Positions 42,059 to 51,895 of a stretch of 64,000 bases of DNA are shown in pieces; the stretch's first letter is position 1, and each line of letters opens with the position of its first letter. This DNA is from an uncultured beta proteobacterium (GTDB taxonomy: Bacteria > Pseudomonadota > Gammaproteobacteria > Burkholderiales > Burkholderiaceae): positions 40,661 through 104,660 of the forward strand of contig CAIZRK010000032.1 in NCBI GenBank assembly GCA_903935355.1, written 5' to 3'. The position numbers were made by a program, and so were the translations under genes. A model generated the notes under the pieces. It was not told the DNA's origin. It was given only the letters and a program-made list of their open reading frames with translations, and made no database searches.

Positions 42059-42655
42059 ATGAGTTATCTTTCACGCGCCCTCCTTGCCATATTTTGTTGT
42101 CTTTTTTGGCTTAACACCCCTGCTTTAGCCCAATTTTCTACAATATTTTCAGGTGACAAGACCCCCCAACAACAACGCCAAGAGGCCCTTAAGAAAAGTG
42201 ATGAGATCCTAAAGCACCTCTATAGAGTGCAACCTAACGCCAAGGAGGTCGTTGAAAAAGGGGTTGGCTATGCCACCTTTAGCAACTTTGGCATGAAAAT
42301 ATTGATCGCTGGCGGCGGTTCGGGAAGTGGTGTGGTAGTTAGTAAAAATCTTCCCAAACCCATTTATATGAATATGGCGGAAGTTCAGGCTGGGCTTGGC
42401 GTAGGAATTAAATCTTTCCAAAATATCTTTGTTTTTCAGACAGACTCCGCCCTAAATGACTTTGTGAACTCGGGTTGGACCTTTGGCGGTCAAGCCACCG
42501 TAGCAGCCAAATATGAAAAAACCGGAGATGCTTACCAAGGATCAGCATCAGTAGCGCCAAACGTACTAATGTATCAATTAACAGACTCTGGCCTTGCCGC
42601 AGAGATTACCGGCAAAGGCACCAAGTACTATAAAAATACAGACCTCAATAAGTAG
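42059..42655 (+). CDS. secreted SYLF (DUF500/Ysc84-like) domain protein
   Basis: Has a signal peptide (CLFWLNTPALA-QF). The Gly-rich beta-pattern GYATFSNFGMKILIAGGGSGSGVVV...AGLGVGIKSFQNIFVF...GGQATVAA resembles the SYLF lipid-binding fold as I remember it. The family call is tentative. Confidence 0.55.
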   Translation: MSYLSRALLAIFCCLFWLNTPALAQFSTIFSGDKTPQQQRQEALKKSDEILKHLYRVQPNAKEVVEKGVGYATFSNFGMKILIAGGGSGSGVVVSKNLPKPIYMNMAEVQAGLGVGIKSFQNIFVFQTDSALNDFVNSGWTFGGQATVAAKYEKTGDAYQGSASVAPNVLMYQLTDSGLAAEITGKGTKYYKNTDLNK

Positions 42656-42686
42656 GATGGGGTCTATAGATATCGCCAGGAGCTAA

Positions 42687-44234
42687 TCAGGGCGTCATCT
42701 GCGCATTGAGCTTAGCCTGACTCGGATCATGCAATTTGTTTAGCGCTGATAAATACGCTTTCGCTGATGCAGCAATGATGTCTGGATCCGTTCCAACGCC
42801 ATTCACGATACGTCCGCCTTTAGCCAAACGTACCGTAACCTCTCCTTGAGACTGAGTGCCTGAAGTAATCGCATTTACAGAGTAAAGCAACTGCTCTGCC
42901 CCACTCTTCACAATCTCCTCAATAGCATTCAAGCTGGCATCAACAGGACCATTACCTTCGGCCTCGGAGCTTGCCTCTCTATCACCTACGCGGAAAGTAA
43001 CTCTGGACTTTGGTCGCTCACCTGTTTCAGAATGCTGACTCATAGAAATGAATCTATAAAATTCACTCTCTTCAGCTGCAGCAGAGTGAGACATGATCGC
43101 AATAATGTCTTCATCAAAGATTTCTGATTTCTGATCAGCTAATGACTTAAAGCGCAAGAAGGCCTCATTCAAGTCTGCCTCAGCCTCAATCGCAATACCC
43201 AACTCCTGAAGGCGCTGTTTAAATGCGTTACGGCCAGACAACTTACCAAGGACGATCTTATTAGCAGACCAACCCACATCTTCTGCACGCATGATTTCAT
43301 AGGTATCGCGGTTCTTTAAGATGCCATCCTGGTGAATGCCTGAAGTATGCGCAAAAGCATTAGCCCCAACCACCGCCTTATTTGGCTGAACTACAAAGCC
43401 CGTGATATGTGAGACCAATTTAGAGGCGGACACAATTTGCGTTGCATCGATGCCGCAGACCATATCAAAGTAATCTTTGCGTGTACGCAAAGCCATCACA
43501 ATTTCTTCCAATGCCGTATTGCCAGCGCGTTCGCCCAAGCCATTGATAGTGCACTCAATTTGACGAGCGCCACCAATCTTGACGCCTGCCAAGGAATTCG
43601 CAACTGCCATGCCTAAGTCATTATGGCAATGTACAGACCAAACTGCTTTATCAGAATTGGGAACCCGAGTACGCAAGGTCTTGATGAAATCGCCATACAA
43701 CTCTGGAGTAGCATAGCCAACGGTATCGGGAATATTGATGGTTGTAGCACCCTCATTAATTACACCCTCAACCACTCTGCACAAGAAATCCATTTCAGAT
43801 CGATAGCCATCTTCGGCGGAAAACTCAATATCCTCAGCCAAATTTCTGGCAAAGCGAATAGAACGCTTCGCTTGCTCCAATACTTCTTCTGGAGACATGC
43901 GCAATTTCACGGCCATATGCAACGGGCTAGTTGCCAAGAATGCATGAATACGCTTGGCGTTAGCAGCCTTTAAAGCATCTGCTGCGCGAGTGATATCCTT
44001 ATCATTTGCACGTGCAAGTGAGCACACAATGGAATCCTTCACGGCTGCTGCTACGGCAGAGATTGCCTGAAAATCCCCCTCAGAGCTTGCAGCAAATCCA
44101 GCCTCGATCACATCAACCTTGAGACGCTCTAACTGACGAGCAATGCGAACCTTCTCGTCCTTTGTCATTGAGGCACCAGGCGACTGTTCGCCATCACGTA
44201 AGGTGGTATCAAAAATGATTACTTTGTCACTCAT
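42687..44234 (-). CDS. leuA: 2-isopropylmalate synthase
   Basis: Starts [23 protein letters not shown], contains [16 protein letters not shown], and has a C-terminal LeuA dimerisation/regulatory domain. The ATG at 44234 lies 7 nt after GGAG; the track start at 44252 is less likely. Confidence 0.94.
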   Translation of the reverse strand: MSDKVIIFDTTLRDGEQSPGASMTKDEKVRIARQLERLKVDVIEAGFAASSEGDFQAISAVAAAVKDSIVCSLARANDKDITRAADALKAANAKRIHAFLATSPLHMAVKLRMSPEEVLEQAKRSIRFARNLAEDIEFSAEDGYRSEMDFLCRVVEGVINEGATTINIPDTVGYATPELYGDFIKTLRTRVPNSDKAVWSVHCHNDLGMAVANSLAGVKIGGARQIECTINGLGERAGNTALEEIVMALRTRKDYFDMVCGIDATQIVSASKLVSHITGFVVQPNKAVVGANAFAHTSGIHQDGILKNRDTYEIMRAEDVGWSANKIVLGKLSGRNAFKQRLQELGIAIEAEADLNEAFLRFKSLADQKSEIFDEDIIAIMSHSAAAEESEFYRFISMSQHSETGERPKSRVTFRVGDREASSEAEGNGPVDASLNAIEEIVKSGAEQLLYSVNAITSGTQSQGEVTVRLAKGGRIVNGVGTDPDIIAASAKAYLSALNKLHDPSQAKLNAQMTP

Positions 44235-44286
44235 CATTACTCTCCGGTTCAATATTGCTTAATTTCTATCACTTTATTGTCAATCT

Positions 44287-44316
44287 AAAAACAAAAACCC
44301 CAGCAATTTGCTGGGG
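44287..44316 (-). terminator. strong intrinsic terminator between pssA and leuA (terminator arm of the leu attenuator)
   Basis: The minus-strand RNA reads CCCCAGC-AAAUU-GCUGGGG followed by UUUUUGUUUUU. It lies 40 nt after the leader-ORF stop and 53 nt before the leuA ATG. Confidence 0.85.
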
Positions 44317-44356
44317 CTGGTATGTGGTGGTTAATGAATTTCTTTATCTCATCAAC

Positions 44357-44434
44357 TCAGGCCTTACCCGCCCCAAGCATTAGGCTTAGTGCAAGTAGAA
44401 GCAGACTAGATAAGGGGGTGAAATTCATCAACAT
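44357..44434 (-). CDS. candidate leu leader peptide, 25 aa (MLMNFTPLSSLLLLALSLMLGAGKA)
   Basis: ATG at 44434 and TGA at 44357-59. It has 9 Leu codons of 25, including four consecutive (CTG CTT CTA CTT), and three CTA codons in total. It lies directly upstream of leuA and of a terminator/antiterminator pair. The SD is weak (only AGG, 14 nt upstream). Confidence 0.6.
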   Translation of the reverse strand: MLMNFTPLSSLLLLALSLMLGAGKA

Positions 44435-44462
44435 GGGTTCAATATAACCTAAAAAATCCAAA

Positions 44463-45323
44463 TTAGCTAAAACTGCGTCCACTAAATCGTTCCCAAGCCC
44501 AAATGATATAGCCAGATATCGAATACACCACAAATAAGCCAAATAAGGTTAATGGCGGATTAGAGGATATCAGGACAAATGTGAGGATCATCAAGACCAT
44601 TACGCCAAAAGGCACGCGATAGCGCACATCTAAGGCTTTACCGCTGTAAAAGCGTGCATTAGATACCATTGTTAATCCAGCATATACGGCAATAAAGAAG
44701 GTGACCCAAGGAATAGCTGTATCGCGCACAGGGATCTTATTGTCATCGGCAAGCCAAATAAAACCCGCCATCAATGCTCCAGCAGCAGGGCTTGGCAATC
44801 CTTGAAAAAATTTCTTATCGACAACACCAGTATTGACATTGAAACGTGCCAGACGCAAAGCTGCACCTGCACAGTAAGTAAAGGCGGCCAACCAACCCCA
44901 CTTACCTAAATCTTTTAAGGCCCACTCATAAGCCACTAATGCAGGCGCAACCCCAAAAGACACCATATCGGCCAAAGAGTCGTACTGTTCGCCAAAAGCG
45001 CTCTGGGTGTTGGTCATTCGCGCTACGCGACCATCCATGCCATCAAGTACAAGGGATGCAAAAATAGCAATCGCTGCGGTTTCAAACTGATGATTCATTG
45101 CATTGACGATAGCAAAGAATCCGCAAAATAAAGCAGCGGTAGTAAATGCATTAGGTAAAAGATAGATCCCTTTACTGCGCTTACGGGGTTTATCGTGTAT
45201 CTCTTCAACTTCGAAATCAACCCCTTCGCCAAGATCATCAGCCCACTCTTTTTGGGAGCGATCAGCACGCATCCGAGCCAGACGACTGCGATCTATACGG
45301 CCACGACGACGAAAAGTAGTCAA
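44463..45323 (-). CDS. pssA: CDP-diacylglycerol--serine O-phosphatidyltransferase
   Basis: Has the CDP-alcohol phosphatidyltransferase motif DGMDGRVARMTNTQSAFGEQYDSLADMV in a 286-aa polytopic protein. Confidence 0.92.
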   Translation of the reverse strand: MTTFRRRGRIDRSRLARMRADRSQKEWADDLGEGVDFEVEEIHDKPRKRSKGIYLLPNAFTTAALFCGFFAIVNAMNHQFETAAIAIFASLVLDGMDGRVARMTNTQSAFGEQYDSLADMVSFGVAPALVAYEWALKDLGKWGWLAAFTYCAGAALRLARFNVNTGVVDKKFFQGLPSPAAGALMAGFIWLADDNKIPVRDTAIPWVTFFIAVYAGLTMVSNARFYSGKALDVRYRVPFGVMVLMILTFVLISSNPPLTLFGLFVVYSISGYIIWAWERFSGRSFS

Positions 45324-45351
45324 AGAATATCCCAGTAATAAATATAAATCA

Positions 45352-45999
45352 TTAGTCTAAGCCAGGTAAGCGAGCTAAGGCTGTGTTCGTAGCAAACACT
45401 TTATCACCAACACTCACCAAAGGTTCTGCAGTAAGCGGTAAATAAACATCAACTCGAGAGCCAAAACGGATAAAACCATAACGCTCACCCGCCTTAAGCC
45501 TATCGGCAACATGGACATAACAAAGGATACGACGGGCAATTAAGCCAGCTACTTGAACTAGAGTCACAATTTGACCATTAGCGTCGATCACCACAGCGTT
45601 ACGTTCATTCTCAGTTGAAGCCTTATCCAAATCAGCATTAACGAACTTCCCAGGAAAGTATTGAACTTCTTTTACTAAACCATTGACTGCGCTACGATTG
45701 GAATGCACATTAAATACATTCATAAACACACTAATTTTTAAAGCTTCACGATCAGCATAAGGATCATTTGTTTTTTCCACTACAACAATGCGACCATCAG
45801 CAGGCGATAAAATCAAATCCCGACCCAGCGCAGGGATACGTTGCGGATCACGGAAAAACTGCAGAACAAAGATAAAGACAATCCAGAATGGCCATGACCA
45901 TGCAATGCCCCCGAAATAGTGGACAGCTAAAGTAACAGCCCCCACTAGCGCCAAATACGGCCAACCTTCTTTCGCAATAATGGGGTGCGGATACATCAT
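45352..45999 (-). CDS. psd: phosphatidylserine decarboxylase proenzyme (short, Asd-type)
   Basis: 215-aa ORF with an N-terminal TM region and the self-cleavage context [14 protein letters not shown]. It is adjacent to pssA. Confidence 0.88.
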   Translation of the reverse strand: MMYPHPIIAKEGWPYLALVGAVTLAVHYFGGIAWSWPFWIVFIFVLQFFRDPQRIPALGRDLILSPADGRIVVVEKTNDPYADREALKISVFMNVFNVHSNRSAVNGLVKEVQYFPGKFVNADLDKASTENERNAVVIDANGQIVTLVQVAGLIARRILCYVHVADRLKAGERYGFIRFGSRVDVYLPLTAEPLVSVGDKVFATNTALARLPGLD

Positions 46000-46053
46000 C
46001 TTTGTTCTGAGCCTTTTAAAATAACAACAAAATCTTGTTTTGTATAAGTAATA

Positions 46054-47094
<1,041 letters not shown>

Positions 47095-47126
47095 CTAGTA
47101 ATGCAGTAATAAATCAAATAAAAAAA

Positions 47127-47618
47127 TTAAACTTTCAAGATCCGTTCGCCACGCCCGATTCCAGACCCACCCGAACGCACAGTTTCCAGAATAGAGGCAC
47201 GATCGATCGAATCAATAAAAGCATCCAATTTGGCCCCATCACCTGTTAACTCAATGGTGTAACTCTTTTCTGTTACATCAATGATGCGACCTCGAAAAAT
47301 ATCCGTTGTCCGCTTAAGCTCTTCTCGCTCTTTTCCAACAGCGCGCACCTTAATCATCATAAGCTCACGCTCAATATGAGGGCCTTCAGTTAAATCAAAT
47401 ACCTTAACAACCTCCACTAAGCGGTTCAAATGCTTAGTGATTTGCTCAATCACATCTTCAGATCCAATGGTCACAATTGTCATCCGTGACAGTGATGGGT
47501 CTTCGGTAGGTGCAACGCTCAAAGTTTCAATGTTGTAACCCCGTGCAGAGAAAAGCCCAACTACACGTGAAAGTGCCCCTGGCTCATTCTCAAGCAATAC
47601 AGAAATAATATGTCGCAT
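47127..47618 (-). CDS. ilvH: acetolactate synthase small (regulatory) subunit
   Basis: Starts [33 protein letters not shown] (ACT domain), 163 aa. Its ATG overlaps the stop of the large subunit gene by 1 nt. Confidence 0.95.
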   Translation of the reverse strand: [163 protein letters not shown]

Positions 47619-49405
47619 TAAAGATCCTCGCTACCCAAAAGCATTTCAGTAATACCCTTACCCGCTTGAACCATAGGCCAAACGTTTTCTTCTGGGTCAG
47701 TCTGGAAATCCATAAACACTGTACGATCTTTTAAGCGAATAGATTCTTTGAGCGCGCCTTCAACATCTGACTTTTTCTCAATACGCATACCAACGTGACC
47801 ATATGCCTCTGCTAATTTCACAAAGTCTGGCAATGAATCCATATAAGAACTTGAATAGCGCTTGTTATAGGTAAGCTCTTGCCACTGACGAACCATTCCC
47901 AAGTAACGGTTGTTCAAAGACACAATCTTCACTGGTGTGTTGTATTGCTTGCAAGTGGATAGCTCTTGAATACACATCTGAATGGAGCCTTCACCAGTAA
48001 TAGCAAAAACATCCTGATCAGGAAATGCCTTCTTGATTCCCATTGCGTAGGGCAGACCCACCCCCATGGTCCCAAGACCACCGGAATTAATCCAACGACG
48101 AGGCTTATCAAACTTATAGAATTGCGCAGCCCACATTTGATGCTGACCCACATCAGACGTGATGAAAGCGTCGCCACCTGTCAGCTCCCATAATTTTTGA
48201 ACTACATACTGAGGTTTAACAATTTGCGAAGCTTCGTCATACTTTAAGCAATCTTTTTTACGCCAATCGTTAATCTGTTCCCACCAAGCTGCTAACTTAG
48301 CATCATTCTTGCGAGGGCCAGCAGCTTTTAGCTGAGCAGTCATCTCTTGCAAAACTTCTTTCAGATTGCCAACAATAGGAACATCCACCTTCACCCGTTT
48401 AGAAATTACGGAAGGGTCAATATCAATATGAATGATCTTGCGTGGGTGACTTGCAAAGTGTGCAGTATTTCCAATTACGCGGTCATCAAAACGTGCGCCA
48501 ATCGCAATCAACACATCACTGTGTTGCATTGCCATATTAGCCTCGTAGGTACCATGCATTCCCAGCATGCCTAAAAACTGTGGGCTAGTGCCTGGAAAGC
48601 CACCCAAACCCATTAAGGTATTGGTAACGGGATAACCCAAAAGGTCGGCAAATTCTTTTAACTCTGGAGCAGCATCAGCCAAGATTACGCCACCACCGGC
48701 ATAGATATAAGGACGCTCTGCTTCTTGTAATAAAGAAACTGCTTTACGAATTTGTCCACTATGACCTTTGATTACTGGGTTATAGGAACGCATTTCTAGG
48801 GTTTCTGGATAAGTAAAAGGTGCTTTAGCTGCAGACACGTCCTTAGGAATATCAATCAACACAGGTCCAGGACGACCCGTTTGCGCAATATGAAAAGCTT
48901 TTTTCAATACCAAAGGAAGGTCGCGAACGTCTTTTACTAAAAAATTATGTTTTACGACTGGGCGAGTAATGCCAACGGTATCGGCTTCTTGGAAGGCATC
49001 TTCACCAATCGCATAAGTTGGCACGTTTCCACTAATGATCACCATTGGGATTGAATCCGTATACGCAGTCGCTATGCCTGTAACGGCATTAGTGACACCA
49101 GGCCCGGAAGTTACCAAAGCAACGCCAACCTTACCGGTTGCTCGTGCATAACCATCAGCCGCATGGACAGCTGCCTGCTCATGGCGTACTAGGATGTGCT
49201 CAAACTTGTCTTGTTTAAAAATTTCGTCATAGATGAAGAGCACAGATCCACCTGGGTAACCCCAAACAAATTCCACACCTTCTGCATGCAATGCACGTAC
49301 AAGCATCTCAGCACCAATGATTTCAGGAGGCGATGCGATGGGATTTGGGTTTGCTATGTCTTTGTTAGCTTTAGAAGCTAAAAATTCGGCGCTACTTGTA
49401 TTCAT
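47618..49405 (-). CDS. ilvI: acetolactate synthase large (catalytic) subunit
   Basis: 595-aa ThDP enzyme with GYPGGSVL, GPGVTNAVTGIA and GGLGTMGVGLPYAMG. Confidence 0.95.
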   Translation of the reverse strand: MNTSSAEFLASKANKDIANPNPIASPPEIIGAEMLVRALHAEGVEFVWGYPGGSVLFIYDEIFKQDKFEHILVRHEQAAVHAADGYARATGKVGVALVTSGPGVTNAVTGIATAYTDSIPMVIISGNVPTYAIGEDAFQEADTVGITRPVVKHNFLVKDVRDLPLVLKKAFHIAQTGRPGPVLIDIPKDVSAAKAPFTYPETLEMRSYNPVIKGHSGQIRKAVSLLQEAERPYIYAGGGVILADAAPELKEFADLLGYPVTNTLMGLGGFPGTSPQFLGMLGMHGTYEANMAMQHSDVLIAIGARFDDRVIGNTAHFASHPRKIIHIDIDPSVISKRVKVDVPIVGNLKEVLQEMTAQLKAAGPRKNDAKLAAWWEQINDWRKKDCLKYDEASQIVKPQYVVQKLWELTGGDAFITSDVGQHQMWAAQFYKFDKPRRWINSGGLGTMGVGLPYAMGIKKAFPDQDVFAITGEGSIQMCIQELSTCKQYNTPVKIVSLNNRYLGMVRQWQELTYNKRYSSSYMDSLPDFVKLAEAYGHVGMRIEKKSDVEGALKESIRLKDRTVFMDFQTDPEENVWPMVQAGKGITEMLLGSEDL

Positions 49406-49602
49406 TTTCTATTGTCCTTTGCAATTTTCGGCAAAAAATTGTTTAGTCTGTTCTGTCTCCTGCTTATGGCCTGAGTTCGAACGGCGCTGCTACCGGAAAA
49501 AACCACTTCGTAAATGAGATTCTAGGTAGTAAGCCTTATATTCTATAGCAATCCTTTAAAATAGACGAATTCCATCTGATTTAGGTCTAATTAATCCACT
49601 GC

Positions 49603-50172
49603 ATGGCATCAGCCCAAGAACTATCCAACTTTCTCAGTAGTGTAGAGCAGCGTGCTTTTAAGCAGGCAGTCTATGCCGTGCGAGATGACAATGCCGCTTT
49701 GGATATTGTTCAAGATGCAATGATTAAGTTAGCCGAAAAGTATGGCGATAGACCAGCAGCAGAATTTCCTCTAATTTTCACAAGAATTCTGCAAAACCGT
49801 ATTCATGATTGGTTTAGAAGACAAAAGGTTCGCAATACTTGGGTTAGCCTATTTTCTAGTATGGGCAAGAAATCTGATGAAAATGATGATTTTGATCCCC
49901 TGGAGTCCCTTTCAGCCCCTGATGATAGTGAAATTCACCAAGATGGGGCATACAAACTAGAAAGAAGTCAGCTTTTACAGGCATTGGAGTCAGAAATATC
50001 AAAATTGCCTAACCGTCAACGAGAAGCCTTCCTGATGCGTTATTGGGATGAGCTGAGCATTACTGAAACTGCCCTTGCTATGAGTTGTAGCGAAGGAAGT
50101 GTCAAAACCCACTGCTCAAGAGCCACCCAGGCTCTAGCTAAAGCATTGAAATTAAAAGGAATTACGCTGTGA
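49603..50172 (+). CDS. ECF-type RNA polymerase sigma factor
   Basis: Has sigma-70 region 2 (DIVQDAMIKLAEKY...RIHDWFRRQ) and region 4 HTH (LPNRQREAFLMRYWDELSITETALAMSCSEGSVKTHCSRA) in 189 aa. Confidence 0.88.
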   Translation: MASAQELSNFLSSVEQRAFKQAVYAVRDDNAALDIVQDAMIKLAEKYGDRPAAEFPLIFTRILQNRIHDWFRRQKVRNTWVSLFSSMGKKSDENDDFDPLESLSAPDDSEIHQDGAYKLERSQLLQALESEISKLPNRQREAFLMRYWDELSITETALAMSCSEGSVKTHCSRATQALAKALKLKGITL

Positions 50173-50642
50173 ACCAGACGAATCAAGATCAATTAGACCA
50201 AACAGTAGTCGACCAATTTGGTCTAGCTACTGCCGCCCTACTCCGTCAAGGTAGCCAATCCTTGCCAGTAGGCATTAAAGATCGTTTGTATGGAGCCCGT
50301 CTAAAAGCCCTTTCTGTCAGAAAATTAGAAAAGGTGCGTGTTCAAAAACATGTTTTAGCTAACTCCACCGGAAATTGGTCATCTAACTCAAATTCGATTT
50401 GGGATACCTTAGCTTGGGTTGCCCCCCTTATCGTTCTTGTCTTTGGTTTGATTGGGATTGCCCAGTGGCAAGAAGATTCCCGCATTAACGATATTGCTGA
50501 AGTAGATGCAGCTCTACTAACGGATGATGTTCCACCTGATGCTTATGCGGATAGCGGCTTTATGCATTTTCTTAAAAATGGCCCTCTCGCTGACTCTGAA
50601 CAAGATAGCTTGGACTCTTCAAAATCAAATAGTCCATCCTAA
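50169..50642 (+). CDS. DUF3619-like single-pass membrane protein (candidate anti-sigma factor)
   Basis: Its GTG start overlaps the sigma-factor stop (GTGA). It has one TM segment (LAWVAPLIVLVFGLIGIAQW) and an acidic C-terminal tail. The family name comes from memory of the conserved Burkholderiales neighbourhood. Confidence 0.6.
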   Translation: MNQTNQDQLDQTVVDQFGLATAALLRQGSQSLPVGIKDRLYGARLKALSVRKLEKVRVQKHVLANSTGNWSSNSNSIWDTLAWVAPLIVLVFGLIGIAQWQEDSRINDIAEVDAALLTDDVPPDAYADSGFMHFLKNGPLADSEQDSLDSSKSNSPS

Positions 50643-50668
50643 AGAAATAACGCGAGTAGTCGTAGCGC

Positions 50669-51328
50669 ATGCTAACTATCTTTAGACCCCATCAGAAAAC
50701 TCGCTTCTTTCGGGTTATCCTGATAATTGGTGCCTGTAGTTTTAGTAGTCTGAGCATCACCTTAGCTCACGCCCAAAGTTCTAGCGTATCCCATGGCAAA
50801 GCAACTGGCATTCCAGAGAAAAGAACAGATGGTACTTGGGAAGGTCTTAAGCCTGCACAGCAACAGATACTCGCACCCCTGGAAAGTGACTGGGATTACA
50901 TGCTTCCAGAAAGTCGCAAGAAATGGATGCAAGTTGCTAATTTGTATCCCAAGATGAGCGTTCTTGATCAACAGCGCTTGCAATCACGAATGGCTAGTTG
51001 GTCTAGCCTCTCCCAAAGAGACCGCCGTCTTGCGCGCGAAAATTACTTAAGCAGCCTTAAGTTCCCCACAGAGAAAAAGACTGAAGCTTGGAGCGCCTAT
51101 CAAAAATTAAGCGATGAGCAAAAGAAAAAATTGGCTGAAGCTGACGTAAAAAAGAAACCGAGCGCTGCTAGCGCCCCTACATTGCAACAACATCCGATTA
51201 TTCAAAAATCCAATTTAGCACCCACCATTCCTGTTGCTCCTGCCCCTGCTCCTGCTAACCCTCCATTAGAGAGTTCAGGGGCTGCTGGCGTCAGTAATGT
51301 GGATAGTAGCGCCTCTAGCGGTCAATAA
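50669..51328 (+). CDS. DUF3106-like secreted protein
   Basis: Has a signal peptide (SLSITLAHA-QS), repeated W/Q/R-rich helical motifs (KPAQQQIL..., RKKWMQV..., QQRLQSRMASW..., RRLARENY...) and a Pro/Ala-rich tail. Confidence 0.6.
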   Translation: MLTIFRPHQKTRFFRVILIIGACSFSSLSITLAHAQSSSVSHGKATGIPEKRTDGTWEGLKPAQQQILAPLESDWDYMLPESRKKWMQVANLYPKMSVLDQQRLQSRMASWSSLSQRDRRLARENYLSSLKFPTEKKTEAWSAYQKLSDEQKKKLAEADVKKKPSAASAPTLQQHPIIQKSNLAPTIPVAPAPAPANPPLESSGAAGVSNVDSSASSGQ

Positions 51329-51352
51329 ACCCTTAGCATCTCCGCTGACATA

Positions 51353-51889
51353 ATGACGCCTATTGAATTAAATGGATTACCAGCACCTCAATTTTGGCGG
51401 CGCGTTTTCTGTGCACTCTATGAGCAATTGGTTCTATTGGGCGTCATGGCCCTCACCTTTCTGATACCCAACCTCGCCTTAGGAATTCTATTTGGCACTT
51501 CTTTGCCAAGTTGGCTGACCTTTTTATATTTGTATGTCATCCTAGGAATGTATTTTGTTTGGTACTGGACAAAATCTGGCCAAACTCTTGCAATGCAGAC
51601 TTGGCGTATTCGAATTATTGGTCCAGGTGGATATAAACTCACACGAAGATTGGCTATACGGCGTTATATCTTAGGCTCTTTGTGGATTGTGCCCTGCATT
51701 ATTTTGCAGTGGCTTTTTCAGTTGCAAAAATGGCAAATTATTGAAATGCTGTTTGCAGTGTCATTATTCTTCTGGCCTTTGACTATTTATATTCACCGTA
51801 CAAATACCCTAATCCGACAGAGTCTGCCAGATCGCCTGGCTGGTACACGCATGGTAGAGCTTCCTAAACATCTAGTAACACTCAAATAA
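51353..51889 (+). CDS. RDD family membrane protein
   Basis: 178-aa ORF with 3-4 TM segments and an RRVFCALYEQLVLLG... N-terminus, typical of RDD-domain proteins. Confidence 0.65.
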   Translation: MTPIELNGLPAPQFWRRVFCALYEQLVLLGVMALTFLIPNLALGILFGTSLPSWLTFLYLYVILGMYFVWYWTKSGQTLAMQTWRIRIIGPGGYKLTRRLAIRRYILGSLWIVPCIILQWLFQLQKWQIIEMLFAVSLFFWPLTIYIHRTNTLIRQSLPDRLAGTRMVELPKHLVTLK

Positions 51890-51895
51890 ACAAAA

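Noticed and set aside
44357-44542. The 61-aa minus-strand ORF from the track, taken as a whole protein
   Set aside because: Its first 27 codons overlap the 3' end of pssA in another frame. Only the distal 25 codons (from ATG 44434) lie in the intergenic spacer and make sense as a leader peptide.
49479-49511. ECF-type autoregulated promoter (GAAC ... CGT) upstream of the sigma factor gene
   Set aside because: The spacing between the GAAC and CGT elements is 26 nt, far from the 16-17 nt expected. No better candidate was seen by eye.
49406-49602. Possible ilv leader peptide or attenuator upstream of ilvI
   Set aside because: The only short minus-strand ORF I found is MEFVYFKGLL, with no Val/Ile/Leu run. 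No hairpin precedes the GTGGTTTTTTCC tract, so I cannot support an attenuator here.
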